Assembly (NCBI GenBank): GCA_000993535.1
Contig: LBWG01000001.1
Location: 22,442 to 86,441, forward strand
Direction of reading: 5' to 3'
Length of the DNA: 64,000 bases
From: Candidatus Uhrbacteria bacterium GW2011_GWF2_39_13
GTDB lineage: Bacteria > Patescibacteriota > Patescibacteriia > UBA9934 > GWF2-40-263
Positions 1-8,095 of the stretch are shown here, one piece after another. The notes under the pieces were generated by a model. It was given only the letters and a program-made list of their open reading frames with translations, did no database searches and had not been told where the DNA came from. Made by a program: the position numbers and the translations under genes. Positions within the stretch are counted from its first letter, which is position 1. Each line of letters opens with the position of its first letter.

Positions 1-478
1 TCTCGATCCCAAGCTCCTTACGGACAGATTCCAGATTCGGAGGAAACAGCCAGACGAGCAGACCTAGAGAACCAAGCTTTCTTGGAATGATTCCCATACG
101 ATCCATTAATAGATCCCTTGCAATGGGATCCTGAAACTCTTCAGGGACAAAATTAAAAAACTCGCTTCTAATCTCCTTTCCCTTGAAAGGTTGCTGGAGC
201 AAGGATGGCACGGCGATAACATCGCCACTTTCCACATCAATCTGAATATCCCAGTCCAATGACACGCCAACGCAACGAGATGGCCGACTTCCGTTACAGA
301 TCACGAACCCCAGGTTTTCCCGAGGAATAAAAACGTATTCATACCCAGGCCAATTGTCACCGAAATCATGGAATTCGATATCTTGCTTGGGAAACGGCAT
401 GTACGTCGGTAAACTCTCTAACACAATCCGATCATATGCTTCCCTTGCCAGTGGCGACAAATCTTTTCTGCAAATCAT
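1..478 (-). CDS. hypothetical protein, partial (C-terminus lies beyond window start)
   Basis: My own reverse-strand translation gives an open frame from ATG (revcomp of 476-478) to position 1 with no stop: MICRKDLSPLAREAYDRIVLESLPTYMPFPKQDIEFHDFGDNWPGYEYVFIPRENLGF... A GAGGGAG SD-like motif sits ~7 nt upstream. It is absent from the ORF track because no stop lies in the window. No recognisable family. Confidence 0.4.
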   Translation of the reverse strand, partial: MICRKDLSPLAREAYDRIVLESLPTYMPFPKQDIEFHDFGDNWPGYEYVFIPRENLGFVICNGSRPSRCVGVSLDWDIQIDVESGDVIAVPSLLQQPFKGKEIRSEFFNFVPEEFQDPIARDLLMDRMGIIPRKLGSLGLLVWLFPPNLESVRKELGIE

Positions 479-861
479 CTTTATCTCCCTCTTTTGGTTT
501 TGCGAATATCACAACCCGACCGTACTGGATATCACAATTCCATCTCCTTTCAAAGGAACGACCCAAAAATCAAAAGAAAACAAAAAATCCAATTTTGGGA
601 ACTAAAAAATCTACTATAAAATAAGCATTCTGTCAATGTATTTGTATGTATTTAAACAAAAAAACAAAAACCCCTCATTTGAGGTTGTCCTAAAACTCGA
701 TGAGATCAACTTGAACGAGCTGCCCGCCCGACCGTCGAACGTTCGTTCGGGCGGGTCGAGCTCCGAGAACCCTATTCAAAATAGGGAGAGTGCGGTCGAC
801 GGGCGCCTATGAAAGTTGAGATTGCGAGTTTTGGGACAGCCTCCATTTGGAGGGGTTTTCA

Positions 862-2289
862 CTATTCTACAGCCGGAACATCGGATGGATGATCTGTATG
901 AAGTTTCTTTTTCACGATCTGAACGACTTTTTTCACATCCATAATCTCTTGGGCACCGGATTCCATATCGCGAATAATGATCGTTCCATCAAGCACTTCT
1001 TTTTGACCTAAGATAAGAGTTAATTGAACACCAAGTTTATTTGCCGCTTCAAGCTGTCCCTTCAATGCGCTTTTTCCAAATGCTTCAACAACAGGGACAC
1101 CCGCTCGTCGAAACTCTTCAAACAGCTTCAAACCAACTCGACGAGCTGCGTCTCCAAGTTGAGCAAAAAAGACTGAAGGTTTTGAACGCTCAGGAGGATT
1201 AACCCCTTTGGCGTCCAAGGCCCGAACAATACGTTCTAATCCCAAGGCAAATCCGCATCCAGGCGTGGGTCGACCACCTAACAGTTGGATTAACCCATCG
1301 TAGCGTCCTCCACCGCCAAGAGCGCTTTGTGATTTGTCTCCTTCATCTTGAACTAAAACGAATTCGAACACGGTATGAGTATAATAATCGAGTCCGCGAA
1401 CCAAATGAGGATTAAGGACATAAGGAATTTCCACTTCCTCAAGAAACTCTAACACTTTCATGAAATGCTCTTTAGACTTATCATCCAACCAATCAAGAAT
1501 TTGTGGAGCTTCTTGAAGCAACTCAAGAGTCGCTTCTTCTTTGCTATCAAGAATTCGCAATGGATTCTTTTGTAGACGACGCTTGTCATCCTCAGACAAC
1601 TTATTGCGGTGTGGACGGAAATAGGAGCTTAATTCTGCCAAATAAGCTTGTCGACACTCTGGAGTACCAATTGAGTTGATTTCCACTTTGATATCCAATC
1701 CAAGTTCACGAAAAATTTGTGCTCCCAGCACAATCAGCTGTGCATCGACAATCGGTTCATCGACTCCAAAACTTTCAAAACCAGCTTGATAGAACTGTCG
1801 ATAACGACCGGCTTGAGGACGATCATGTCTAAACATTGGTCCCACATACCACATCTTCACAGGTTGTGGACGGTCTAACATCCCATGACTGATATACGCA
1901 CGCGCCGCAGAAGCCGTTGCTTCAGGTCGCAAAGCAACAGAACGGTTTGAGGGGTCTGTAAACACATACATTTCTTTCTCAACAATATCAGTCGCTTTTC
2001 CAACAGTTTTTTGGAATAAATCAGAACGTTCTAAAATAGGAAGGTCAATACGGTCAAAGCTGTATGACTCGGCAATAGAGCGAACCGTATCACGTACTAA
2101 ATTCCATCTACCTTGTTCTTCAGGCAAAATATCTCGAAATCCACGCAAAAGTTCAAAGGTTTTAGAAGATTTTCCTCCTCCTTCTTCCTCTTCTTTTTCT
2201 TTTTCCTTTTCTTTCTTTTCTACAACCTTTTCTACCACAGGTTTAATGATTTTCTTTGGTGGAACAGGTTTTTCTTTTTTAAGTGGCAT
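862..2289 (-). CDS. hisS: histidyl-tRNA synthetase with N-terminal K/E-rich extension
   Basis: 475 aa. Class II aaRS HisS signature LRGFRDILPEE near the N-terminus, motif 2/3 regions and a C-terminal anticodon-binding domain. It is preceded by a ~45-aa Lys/Glu low-complexity tail (KKEKEKEKEEEE). Confidence 0.93.
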   Translation of the reverse strand: MPLKKEKPVPPKKIIKPVVEKVVEKKEKEKEKEEEEGGGKSSKTFELLRGFRDILPEEQGRWNLVRDTVRSIAESYSFDRIDLPILERSDLFQKTVGKATDIVEKEMYVFTDPSNRSVALRPEATASAARAYISHGMLDRPQPVKMWYVGPMFRHDRPQAGRYRQFYQAGFESFGVDEPIVDAQLIVLGAQIFRELGLDIKVEINSIGTPECRQAYLAELSSYFRPHRNKLSEDDKRRLQKNPLRILDSKEEATLELLQEAPQILDWLDDKSKEHFMKVLEFLEEVEIPYVLNPHLVRGLDYYTHTVFEFVLVQDEGDKSQSALGGGGRYDGLIQLLGGRPTPGCGFALGLERIVRALDAKGVNPPERSKPSVFFAQLGDAARRVGLKLFEEFRRAGVPVVEAFGKSALKGQLEAANKLGVQLTLILGQKEVLDGTIIIRDMESGAQEIMDVKKVVQIVKKKLHTDHPSDVPAVE

Positions 2290-2325
2290 AGGGTTTGATA
2301 TGTTTAAATCAGATTAAGGAGATCT

Positions 2326-2934
2326 CTAAAGGTTATAATCAGGAATTTCAAAAGTCCCCATTCGAGAAAAAGGCAGACCTCTGACCCAGACGCGTCCGAT
2401 CAGATCTTTACGAGTTATAGGTCCAAAACTTCGAGAATCTAAAGAGGCATCTCGATTGTCTCCAAAGACAAAAAATTCATTCTCCCCTAACGTTACTCGT
2501 TCTTTTCCATTAGTCTGCTCATCCCCTAAATAATCTTCTTCAAGAGTTAAACCATTGGGATGTTCAGTATTATAAATAATGATATTACCTCCTGTGACTT
2601 CTACTGTCTCTCCTGGTAAACCGATCACTCTTTTAATGAAAAATTGACTTGGGTCACGTGGGTAGTGAAAAACCACAATTTCTCCACGAATGGGTTCACG
2701 AAATCGATAACTCAATTCATCAATAATAAGATATTCATGATCGTAAAAATTCGGTTCCATCGAAGCGCCTTTGACATAAAAAGGTTGAATCAAGAAGTAG
2801 CGAATCGGAATGATAATAGCACTGGAGAGAAGGACGATCTGAATGACCTCAACAAAGAAAGATGCAACTGCTCCACCAATAGGACCAAAACGCTGGTAAA
2901 GTCTATCTTCAAAAGCAGAAAACCGATTTTGCAT
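2326..2934 (-). CDS. lepB: signal peptidase I
   Basis: 202 aa. N-terminal TM segment, S26 catalytic Ser box GASMEPNF, Lys box and C-terminal GDNRDASLDSR motif. Confidence 0.88.
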   Translation of the reverse strand: MQNRFSAFEDRLYQRFGPIGGAVASFFVEVIQIVLLSSAIIIPIRYFLIQPFYVKGASMEPNFYDHEYLIIDELSYRFREPIRGEIVVFHYPRDPSQFFIKRVIGLPGETVEVTGGNIIIYNTEHPNGLTLEEDYLGDEQTNGKERVTLGENEFFVFGDNRDASLDSRSFGPITRKDLIGRVWVRGLPFSRMGTFEIPDYNL

Positions 2935-3000
2935 AATTTATAGTAATAAAATCCTTTTTAGCCTATCAAAGAATCTGGTTTTTATCAATGTGTAGGACCC

Positions 3001-3039
3001 ACATAAAAACACCGAAACGTTCGTTTCGGTGTTTTTATG
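3001..3039 (-). terminator. perfect 19-bp hairpin immediately 3' of tRNA-Val
   Basis: acataaaaacaccgaaacg-tt-cgtttcggtgtttttatgt inverted repeat abutting the CCA end of the minus-strand tRNA. The U-rich stem is consistent with an intrinsic terminator or processing element. Confidence 0.4.
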
Positions 3040-3116
3040 TGGTGGGCGTGAGAGGGCTCGAACCTCTGACCTCTGTCGTGTGAGGACAGCGCTCTAACCA
3101 GCTGAGCTACACGCCC
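3040..3116 (-). tRNA. tRNA-Val (anticodon CAC)
   Basis: The reverse complement reads GGGCGTGTAGCTCAGCTGGTTAGAGCGCTGTCCTCACACGACAGAGGTCAGAGGTTCGAGCCCTCTCACGCCCACCA. Cloverleaf with 7-bp acceptor stem, D-arm AGCTCAGCTGGTTAGAGC, anticodon loop CUCACAC (CAC), T-arm GGTTCGAGCC and encoded CCA. Confidence 0.9.
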
Positions 3117-3185
3117 TTAACTAACGAGCAAAAAATATCATGAAAAAATTTAGATTTCAAGTATATCAATGAAACACAAGTATCC

Positions 3186-3214
3186 TTGAACCAATAAGGT
3201 ATTCTCGCTACAAT
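3186..3214 (+). promoter_or_regulatory. sigma70-like promoter TTGAAC-N17-TACAAT upstream of the LCP gene
   Basis: -35 TTGAAC (3186-3191), 17-nt spacer, -10 TACAAT (3209-3214). The predicted TSS is ~8 nt before the ATG at 3230, with GAGGAG just upstream of the start. Confidence 0.45.
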
Positions 3215-3229
3215 GATAGCCGAGGAGTT

Positions 3230-4909
3230 ATGGAAAAATCGCAAATTGATTTCTTAAAAGAAAAACACCATCTGCGTGCGTCAAGACGATCGCCGATTCT
3301 TTTTTTTGGACGAATACTTGCGATTATTGTCGCTATTGCGACAACGACCGGACTGGTCTTTTCGTACCAAGTAGACTCGACATCGGATAGCACAGGAAAT
3401 TTTCCGAATATCTCCTTTATTTCTACACTCAAACATTTTGTTTCCTCTGATGAACGCAAGCTTCAGGGAGAAAAAAATGATCGAGTAAATCTTCTCCTGA
3501 TGGGAATTGGAGGAGAAGGACATGACGGACCGCAGTTGAGTGATACGATTATCTTTAGCAGCTACCGTCCATCGGATGGATCCTTAGCTATGATGTCGCT
3601 TCCACGAGATATGACAGTTCCCATTCCTGGTTATGGATATCGAAAAGTAAATCACGCAAACGCCTATGGAGAGATGAACGAACCCGGAGCAGGACCCACG
3701 CTTGCGTCTCAAGTCATTGGGGATGTGTTAGATGAGGAAATCAACTATTATGTTCGAGTAGATTTTGACGGTTTTGCAGAATTTATTGATGCTATTGGTG
3801 GTGTTGATGTCTATGTAGATCAAAGTTTCAGTGACTACAATTACCCAACGACAGGAAAAGAATATGATACATGTGGATTTGTTGAACCTGCACAAATCAT
3901 ACAAGTGGAGACAACTTTTACTCCTGATCCTTCTACAGAAACAGTCATTGAACAAACACCAGAATTACCAATATCGTTTGAAGAAACAACAACACAAAAA
4001 CCATCCCAACGAACAGAAGGAGTCGCGGAACAAACAACACCTGTGCTAGGTCCAGATTATTCTTGTCGTTATGAAATACTTTCCTTTCAAGAAGGTTGGA
4101 CGCACTTGGATGGAACAACCGCACTAAAATTTGCCAGATCACGTCACGGAAATAACGGAGAAGGATCTGACTTCGCCCGTTCAAAACGCCAACAAAAAAT
4201 AATCCTTGCGGCAAAAGATAAAATTCTTTCCGCTTCCACTCTTTTGAATCCTTCACGGATTACGAAAATGATGGAAACACTCAAAGCCAATGTAGCAACC
4301 AATTTAGATGTGTGGGAGATTTTACGTTTAGCCAAAGAACTTAAAGACATGAGTAGTTCAGAAATCATCCACCACGTGATTGATGCTTCTGAATCCTCCC
4401 CTCTTTATGCAACGGTCGTAAACGGAGCTTACGTTTTAATTCCAAAAAATGACGACTGGTCTGAGCTACAAAATATTACGGAAAACATCTTTACTCCAGA
4501 CGAAGATCTCACAAAATCTTTTGCCAAAGTCGCTGAAGAAAAACCTAGATTTGTTCGTGTAGAAATTCAAAATGGAACAAACATTTCAGGTCTCGCGTTT
4601 AAAACATCCCAATTATTAGATGGTCAAGGATTTGAGGTGGTAAAAGTTGGTAATGCTGAAAGTCGTGGATATAAACACACGGTTATTTATGATCTTACCA
4701 ATGGTCAGCATACACAAGAGTTAAAGGCTTTGCGTGATTATTTACAGGCTGACGTCACACTTTCTGCCACAGGATGGATGATTAGCGGAGATATTGTGCC
4801 AAAAGAACTGACATTCTCTAGTAACGATTACGAAAATCTTCCCACACAAAATGATCTTGATTTTCTCATTATTCTTGGAGAAAACGCTTCATCCCTTGCT
4901 AAAAACTGA
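3230..4909 (+). CDS. LytR-CpsA-Psr (LCP) family cell-envelope phosphotransferase
   Basis: 559 aa. N-terminal TM helix. LCP core motifs (LLLMGIGGEGHDG...SDTIIF...MSLPRDM...YGYRKVNHA...VRVDFDGF...IGGVDV) and a C-terminal LytR_C-like domain. Confidence 0.88.
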   Translation: MEKSQIDFLKEKHHLRASRRSPILFFGRILAIIVAIATTTGLVFSYQVDSTSDSTGNFPNISFISTLKHFVSSDERKLQGEKNDRVNLLLMGIGGEGHDGPQLSDTIIFSSYRPSDGSLAMMSLPRDMTVPIPGYGYRKVNHANAYGEMNEPGAGPTLASQVIGDVLDEEINYYVRVDFDGFAEFIDAIGGVDVYVDQSFSDYNYPTTGKEYDTCGFVEPAQIIQVETTFTPDPSTETVIEQTPELPISFEETTTQKPSQRTEGVAEQTTPVLGPDYSCRYEILSFQEGWTHLDGTTALKFARSRHGNNGEGSDFARSKRQQKIILAAKDKILSASTLLNPSRITKMMETLKANVATNLDVWEILRLAKELKDMSSSEIIHHVIDASESSPLYATVVNGAYVLIPKNDDWSELQNITENIFTPDEDLTKSFAKVAEEKPRFVRVEIQNGTNISGLAFKTSQLLDGQGFEVVKVGNAESRGYKHTVIYDLTNGQHTQELKALRDYLQADVTLSATGWMISGDIVPKELTFSSNDYENLPTQNDLDFLIILGENASSLAKN

Positions 4910-5020
4910 AAAATCCTCTAGAGATCTCTAAACATCATCAAGTTTTAGAGATCTGTTTAAATCGAATTTAAATCTGATTTAAATTTTTACTTGTTTCCTA
5001 AATCCATCTAGAATAGTTAC

Positions 5021-6388
5021 ATGAACTCTCTTCAACCACCCGTTGTTGCTCTCGTCGGTCGGACCAACGTAGGAAAATCAACTCTTTTTAATCGACTTCT
5101 TGAAACACAAAAAGCGCTTGTTTCTCATGTTGCAGGAACCACTCGTGACCGTAACGAGGGAGATTGTCTTTGGAGAGGACGTGTCATCCGATTGATAGAC
5201 ACAGGTGGAATGGACGTTAATCTTAAAGATGAAATGGAAAAACAAATCCTCAAACAATCTGAGGCTGCTGTCGCGAGGGCCGAGCTATTGCTTTTTGTCG
5301 TAGATTCAAAGTCAGGAGCCATGCCACAAGAAAAAACGTTTGCAACATATTTGAAAAAAACAGGAAAACCCGTAATTGTCGTTGCAAATAAAGCAGAAAA
5401 ACTTTCTGAACGATTAAGTGTTACCGAGGCAGAGTGGCGATTTGCAGGATTGTCTGAACCTCTCCCGATCTCTGCAATTCGTGGAACAGGTGTAGGGGAT
5501 CTCTTGGATGTTATTTACGAAAAATTAGAAGAAATAGGAAAACCAGCCACCGATCCCGTTGAAACAGAAGGAATCAAGATAGCCGTCATTGGAAAACCAA
5601 ACGTAGGGAAATCAACTCTCCTTAATGCTATTTTAGGCGAGGAACGTTTCATCACCAGTCCTATTGCCCACACAACCCGTGAACCAAATGACATGCTGAT
5701 CAGCGTGGGAGATAAACGTTATATTTTCATTGATACCGCTGGAATGCGTAAGCAAGGCAAAGTAAGAAAATCCGGAGGATTAGAAGCTGCCGCTGTACAA
5801 AGAAATGAATACGCGATCAAATTTGCCGATGTGACTATTTTAGTCATAGATATCAGCGAACCTATCGGCACGCAAGAAAAAACGCTTGCAGGACTTCTGA
5901 AACAGTCAGGTTCAGCCGTCATTATCGTGGCAAACAAGTGGGATTTAATTGAAGAGAAAACAACCACGACCATCAATCGTTTTAGAGAATATATTGCCAC
6001 TTCCATTCCTTTCTTAAACTGGGCACCTGTTCTGTTTCTTTCTGCACTCACAAAACAGCGTGTTACTACTCTTTTTAAAGAGATCGATCGTGTGGCAGAA
6101 AATCGTTCTATCACCATTTCTAATCAAGAGTTAGCAGGATTCTTGGTACAAGCACAAACAAAACACAAACCAATGAAAGGAAAAGGAACGACCGTTCCAA
6201 AACTCTTAGGATTTAAACAAACAAAATCAAAGCCGCCAACCTTTGATCTTATTATGAAAGCAAAACGGACAGACGCTTTGAGCGTTGCCTACATGCGATT
6301 TTTAGAAAATAGACTTCGCGAAAATTTTAACCTTGTTGGTACTCCGTTAAAAATTCACATTCGTATTGCCAAATCTGTTTCAAAATAG
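5021..6388 (+). CDS. der: ribosome-associated GTPase Der/EngA
   Basis: 455 aa. Two tandem GTPase domains with P-loops GRTNVGKST and GKPNVGKST plus DTGG/DTAG and NKxD motifs, and a C-terminal KH-like domain. Confidence 0.93.
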   Translation: MNSLQPPVVALVGRTNVGKSTLFNRLLETQKALVSHVAGTTRDRNEGDCLWRGRVIRLIDTGGMDVNLKDEMEKQILKQSEAAVARAELLLFVVDSKSGAMPQEKTFATYLKKTGKPVIVVANKAEKLSERLSVTEAEWRFAGLSEPLPISAIRGTGVGDLLDVIYEKLEEIGKPATDPVETEGIKIAVIGKPNVGKSTLLNAILGEERFITSPIAHTTREPNDMLISVGDKRYIFIDTAGMRKQGKVRKSGGLEAAAVQRNEYAIKFADVTILVIDISEPIGTQEKTLAGLLKQSGSAVIIVANKWDLIEEKTTTTINRFREYIATSIPFLNWAPVLFLSALTKQRVTTLFKEIDRVAENRSITISNQELAGFLVQAQTKHKPMKGKGTTVPKLLGFKQTKSKPPTFDLIMKAKRTDALSVAYMRFLENRLRENFNLVGTPLKIHIRIAKSVSK

Positions 6389-6398
6389 TCTCTCATTT

Positions 6399-6947
6399 AT
6401 GAAGGTCGTCATCGGATTAGGAAACCCTGGAAAAGAATACGAACGCACACGTCATAACGTAGGTTTTCTGATTTTAGATGCATTAGCTCTTCACCACCGC
6501 GCGACCTTTACAACGAAACGTTCTCTTGAAGCAGAAATAGCTGAGGTCATCACAGACGGACAAAAACGTCTTTTGTTAGTAAAACCTCAGACGTTTATGA
6601 ATGCAAGTGGTCGAACATTTTCTCAAATCTGTTCTAAATACCCTGTCTTACCTGAAGATTTTCTCATTGTATACGATGATGCAGATCTTCCATTTGGAAA
6701 TCTGCGACTCAAACATGGTGGTGGAAGTGCTGGACATCGAGGAATGGAATCTATTTTGACAAATGTCCCAAGAGGAACAACGATGACTCGTTTGCGTGTA
6801 GGAATTGGACGACCTCCTTATTCAGATATGCCACTGGATGAATTTGTTCTTGGTCGGTGGACCAAACAAGAAGAAACAACTCTACGAGAACTCACACCAA
6901 AAACGATTGAACTTATTGAAAAGACTCTGTTACAAAAAATCGTATGA
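6399..6947 (+). CDS. pth: peptidyl-tRNA hydrolase
   Basis: N-terminal MKVVIGLGNPGKEYERTRHNVGF is the canonical Pth start. The ORF track starts 11 codons earlier at 6366, and the internal ATG at 6399 is the more likely start. A 4-bp ATGA overlap with dprA suggests translational coupling. Confidence 0.88.
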   Translation: MKVVIGLGNPGKEYERTRHNVGFLILDALALHHRATFTTKRSLEAEIAEVITDGQKRLLLVKPQTFMNASGRTFSQICSKYPVLPEDFLIVYDDADLPFGNLRLKHGGGSAGHRGMESILTNVPRGTTMTRLRVGIGRPPYSDMPLDEFVLGRWTKQEETTLRELTPKTIELIEKTLLQKIV

Positions 6948-8029
6948 ACAAAGACGATCGAATGTATTGGGTCGCTCTGACTATGTTTCGTCCTTTTGGA
7001 GCTGTGCGTCTAGCAAAACTCATGCACCGATTTCCAACCATGGAGCAAGCGTTTCACGCCAGCACAAACCAACTACAAGAAGCAGGGATAGAGCCAGAAT
7101 TAGCAAACCGTTTTATTCAAGAACGTACACATATTGACCCAGAAACATTGTTTCAACAGCTAATAAATCATGATGTACAGGTGATAACCCTCAAAGAAGA
7201 ACGCTACCCACCATTGCTTAAAGAGATTTATGATCCCCCAGCGGTTCTCTTCATTCGAGGATCTCTTCCAGATCCTGGGAAAAAATATTTAGCCGTTGTA
7301 GGTTCACGAAAAGCCAGTACCTATGGACAACGGGTAACAGAAGATCTTATCACCCCGATCGCGCGTGCCGGAGTAGTGATTGTCAGTGGACTTGCCTACG
7401 GGATCGATGCAAGCGCCCATGACGCAACCCTTCGCGCACAAGGCTGTACCGTTGCTGTTCTGGGTTCTGGAGTTGATCAAGACAGTATTTATCCTTCACG
7501 TCATAGAGCTCTTGCATCTGGTATTGTGTCCTCTGGAGGAGCCTTGATATCAGAATTTCCTCCTGGAACTCCTCCTCTCAAACAACACTTCCCTATTCGC
7601 AATCGTGTCATTGCCGGTTTGTGTCACGGCACACTCGTCATAGAAGCCACACTCAAATCAGGATCTTTGATCACAGCACGAAGCGCTCTGGAAAGTAACC
7701 GTGAGGTCTATGCTGTTCCTGGACCCATCTATTCACCTCTTTCTGAGGGTCCAAATAATCTCATAAAGACAGGAGCTATTCCTGTAACGTGTCCTGAAGA
7801 TATTTTCGGAATACAAAATGTCTCAACACCGCTAAAACCTCTCTACCAGCCAACAAACGAAAAAGAAGCGGCTGTGTTTTCACATCTGTCCTCTCAACCC
7901 ATCCATCTGGATGAACTTGTGCGATCAACAGTTCTTCCCACACAAACCGTTATCAGTACGATTACACTCCTGGAAATAAAAGGGGTTGTACGTCATGAAG
8001 GCGGGTATTTTTATACACGAATAAGTTGA
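6944..8029 (+). CDS. dprA: DNA processing protein DprA (Smf)
   Basis: 361 aa. Rossmann-like DprA core (AVVGSRKAS...GLAYGIDASAHDA...AVLGSGVD) plus a C-terminal winged-helix-like extension. Confidence 0.88.
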   Translation: MNKDDRMYWVALTMFRPFGAVRLAKLMHRFPTMEQAFHASTNQLQEAGIEPELANRFIQERTHIDPETLFQQLINHDVQVITLKEERYPPLLKEIYDPPAVLFIRGSLPDPGKKYLAVVGSRKASTYGQRVTEDLITPIARAGVVIVSGLAYGIDASAHDATLRAQGCTVAVLGSGVDQDSIYPSRHRALASGIVSSGGALISEFPPGTPPLKQHFPIRNRVIAGLCHGTLVIEATLKSGSLITARSALESNREVYAVPGPIYSPLSEGPNNLIKTGAIPVTCPEDIFGIQNVSTPLKPLYQPTNEKEAAVFSHLSSQPIHLDELVRSTVLPTQTVISTITLLEIKGVVRHEGGYFYTRIS

Positions 8030-8095
8030 CAGTACTCCACAAACCATCTACTAATTGAAAGACCTTATCGGAAAAAATCATTTAAAAAAGATTAC

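Noticed and set aside
354-624. Two overlapping plus-strand ORFs (83 and 62 aa)
   Set aside because: Low-complexity, no motifs. They are overlapped by a longer SD-supported minus-strand partial ORF (1-478), and the remainder is intergenic.
640-861. Interpretation of the GC-rich intergenic element as tmRNA, RNase P RNA, SRP RNA or 6S RNA
   Set aside because: No tmRNA tag-reading-frame or T-arm/CCA end. No RNase P GGAAAGUCCGGGCU-type motif. No SRP domain IV motif. Length and shape do not fit 6S. Kept only as an unclassified candidate.
2113-2298. Plus-strand ORF full of Phe/Leu runs, and the polypyrimidine tract at 2150-2260
   Set aside because: Mirror image of the Lys/Glu codons of the hisS N-terminal tail on the other strand. 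Not an independent gene or regulatory tract.
3001-3230. tRNA-Val as an integration hotspot or mobile-element boundary
   Set aside because: No integrase, recombinase, direct repeat of the tRNA 3' end, or compositional break nearby. The flanking genes (lepB, LCP) are core functions.
5719-6117. Antisense ORFs inside der. Similar long antisense ORFs occur inside topA (9695-10378), ftsH (21632-22590), pyrG (16906-18090) and the D/C-rich repeat gene (62330-63943).
   Set aside because: Each lies opposite a strongly supported conserved gene. They have no start signals or domains and are typical antisense open frames. Those in 62.3-64 kb arise from the GC-rich repeat composition.
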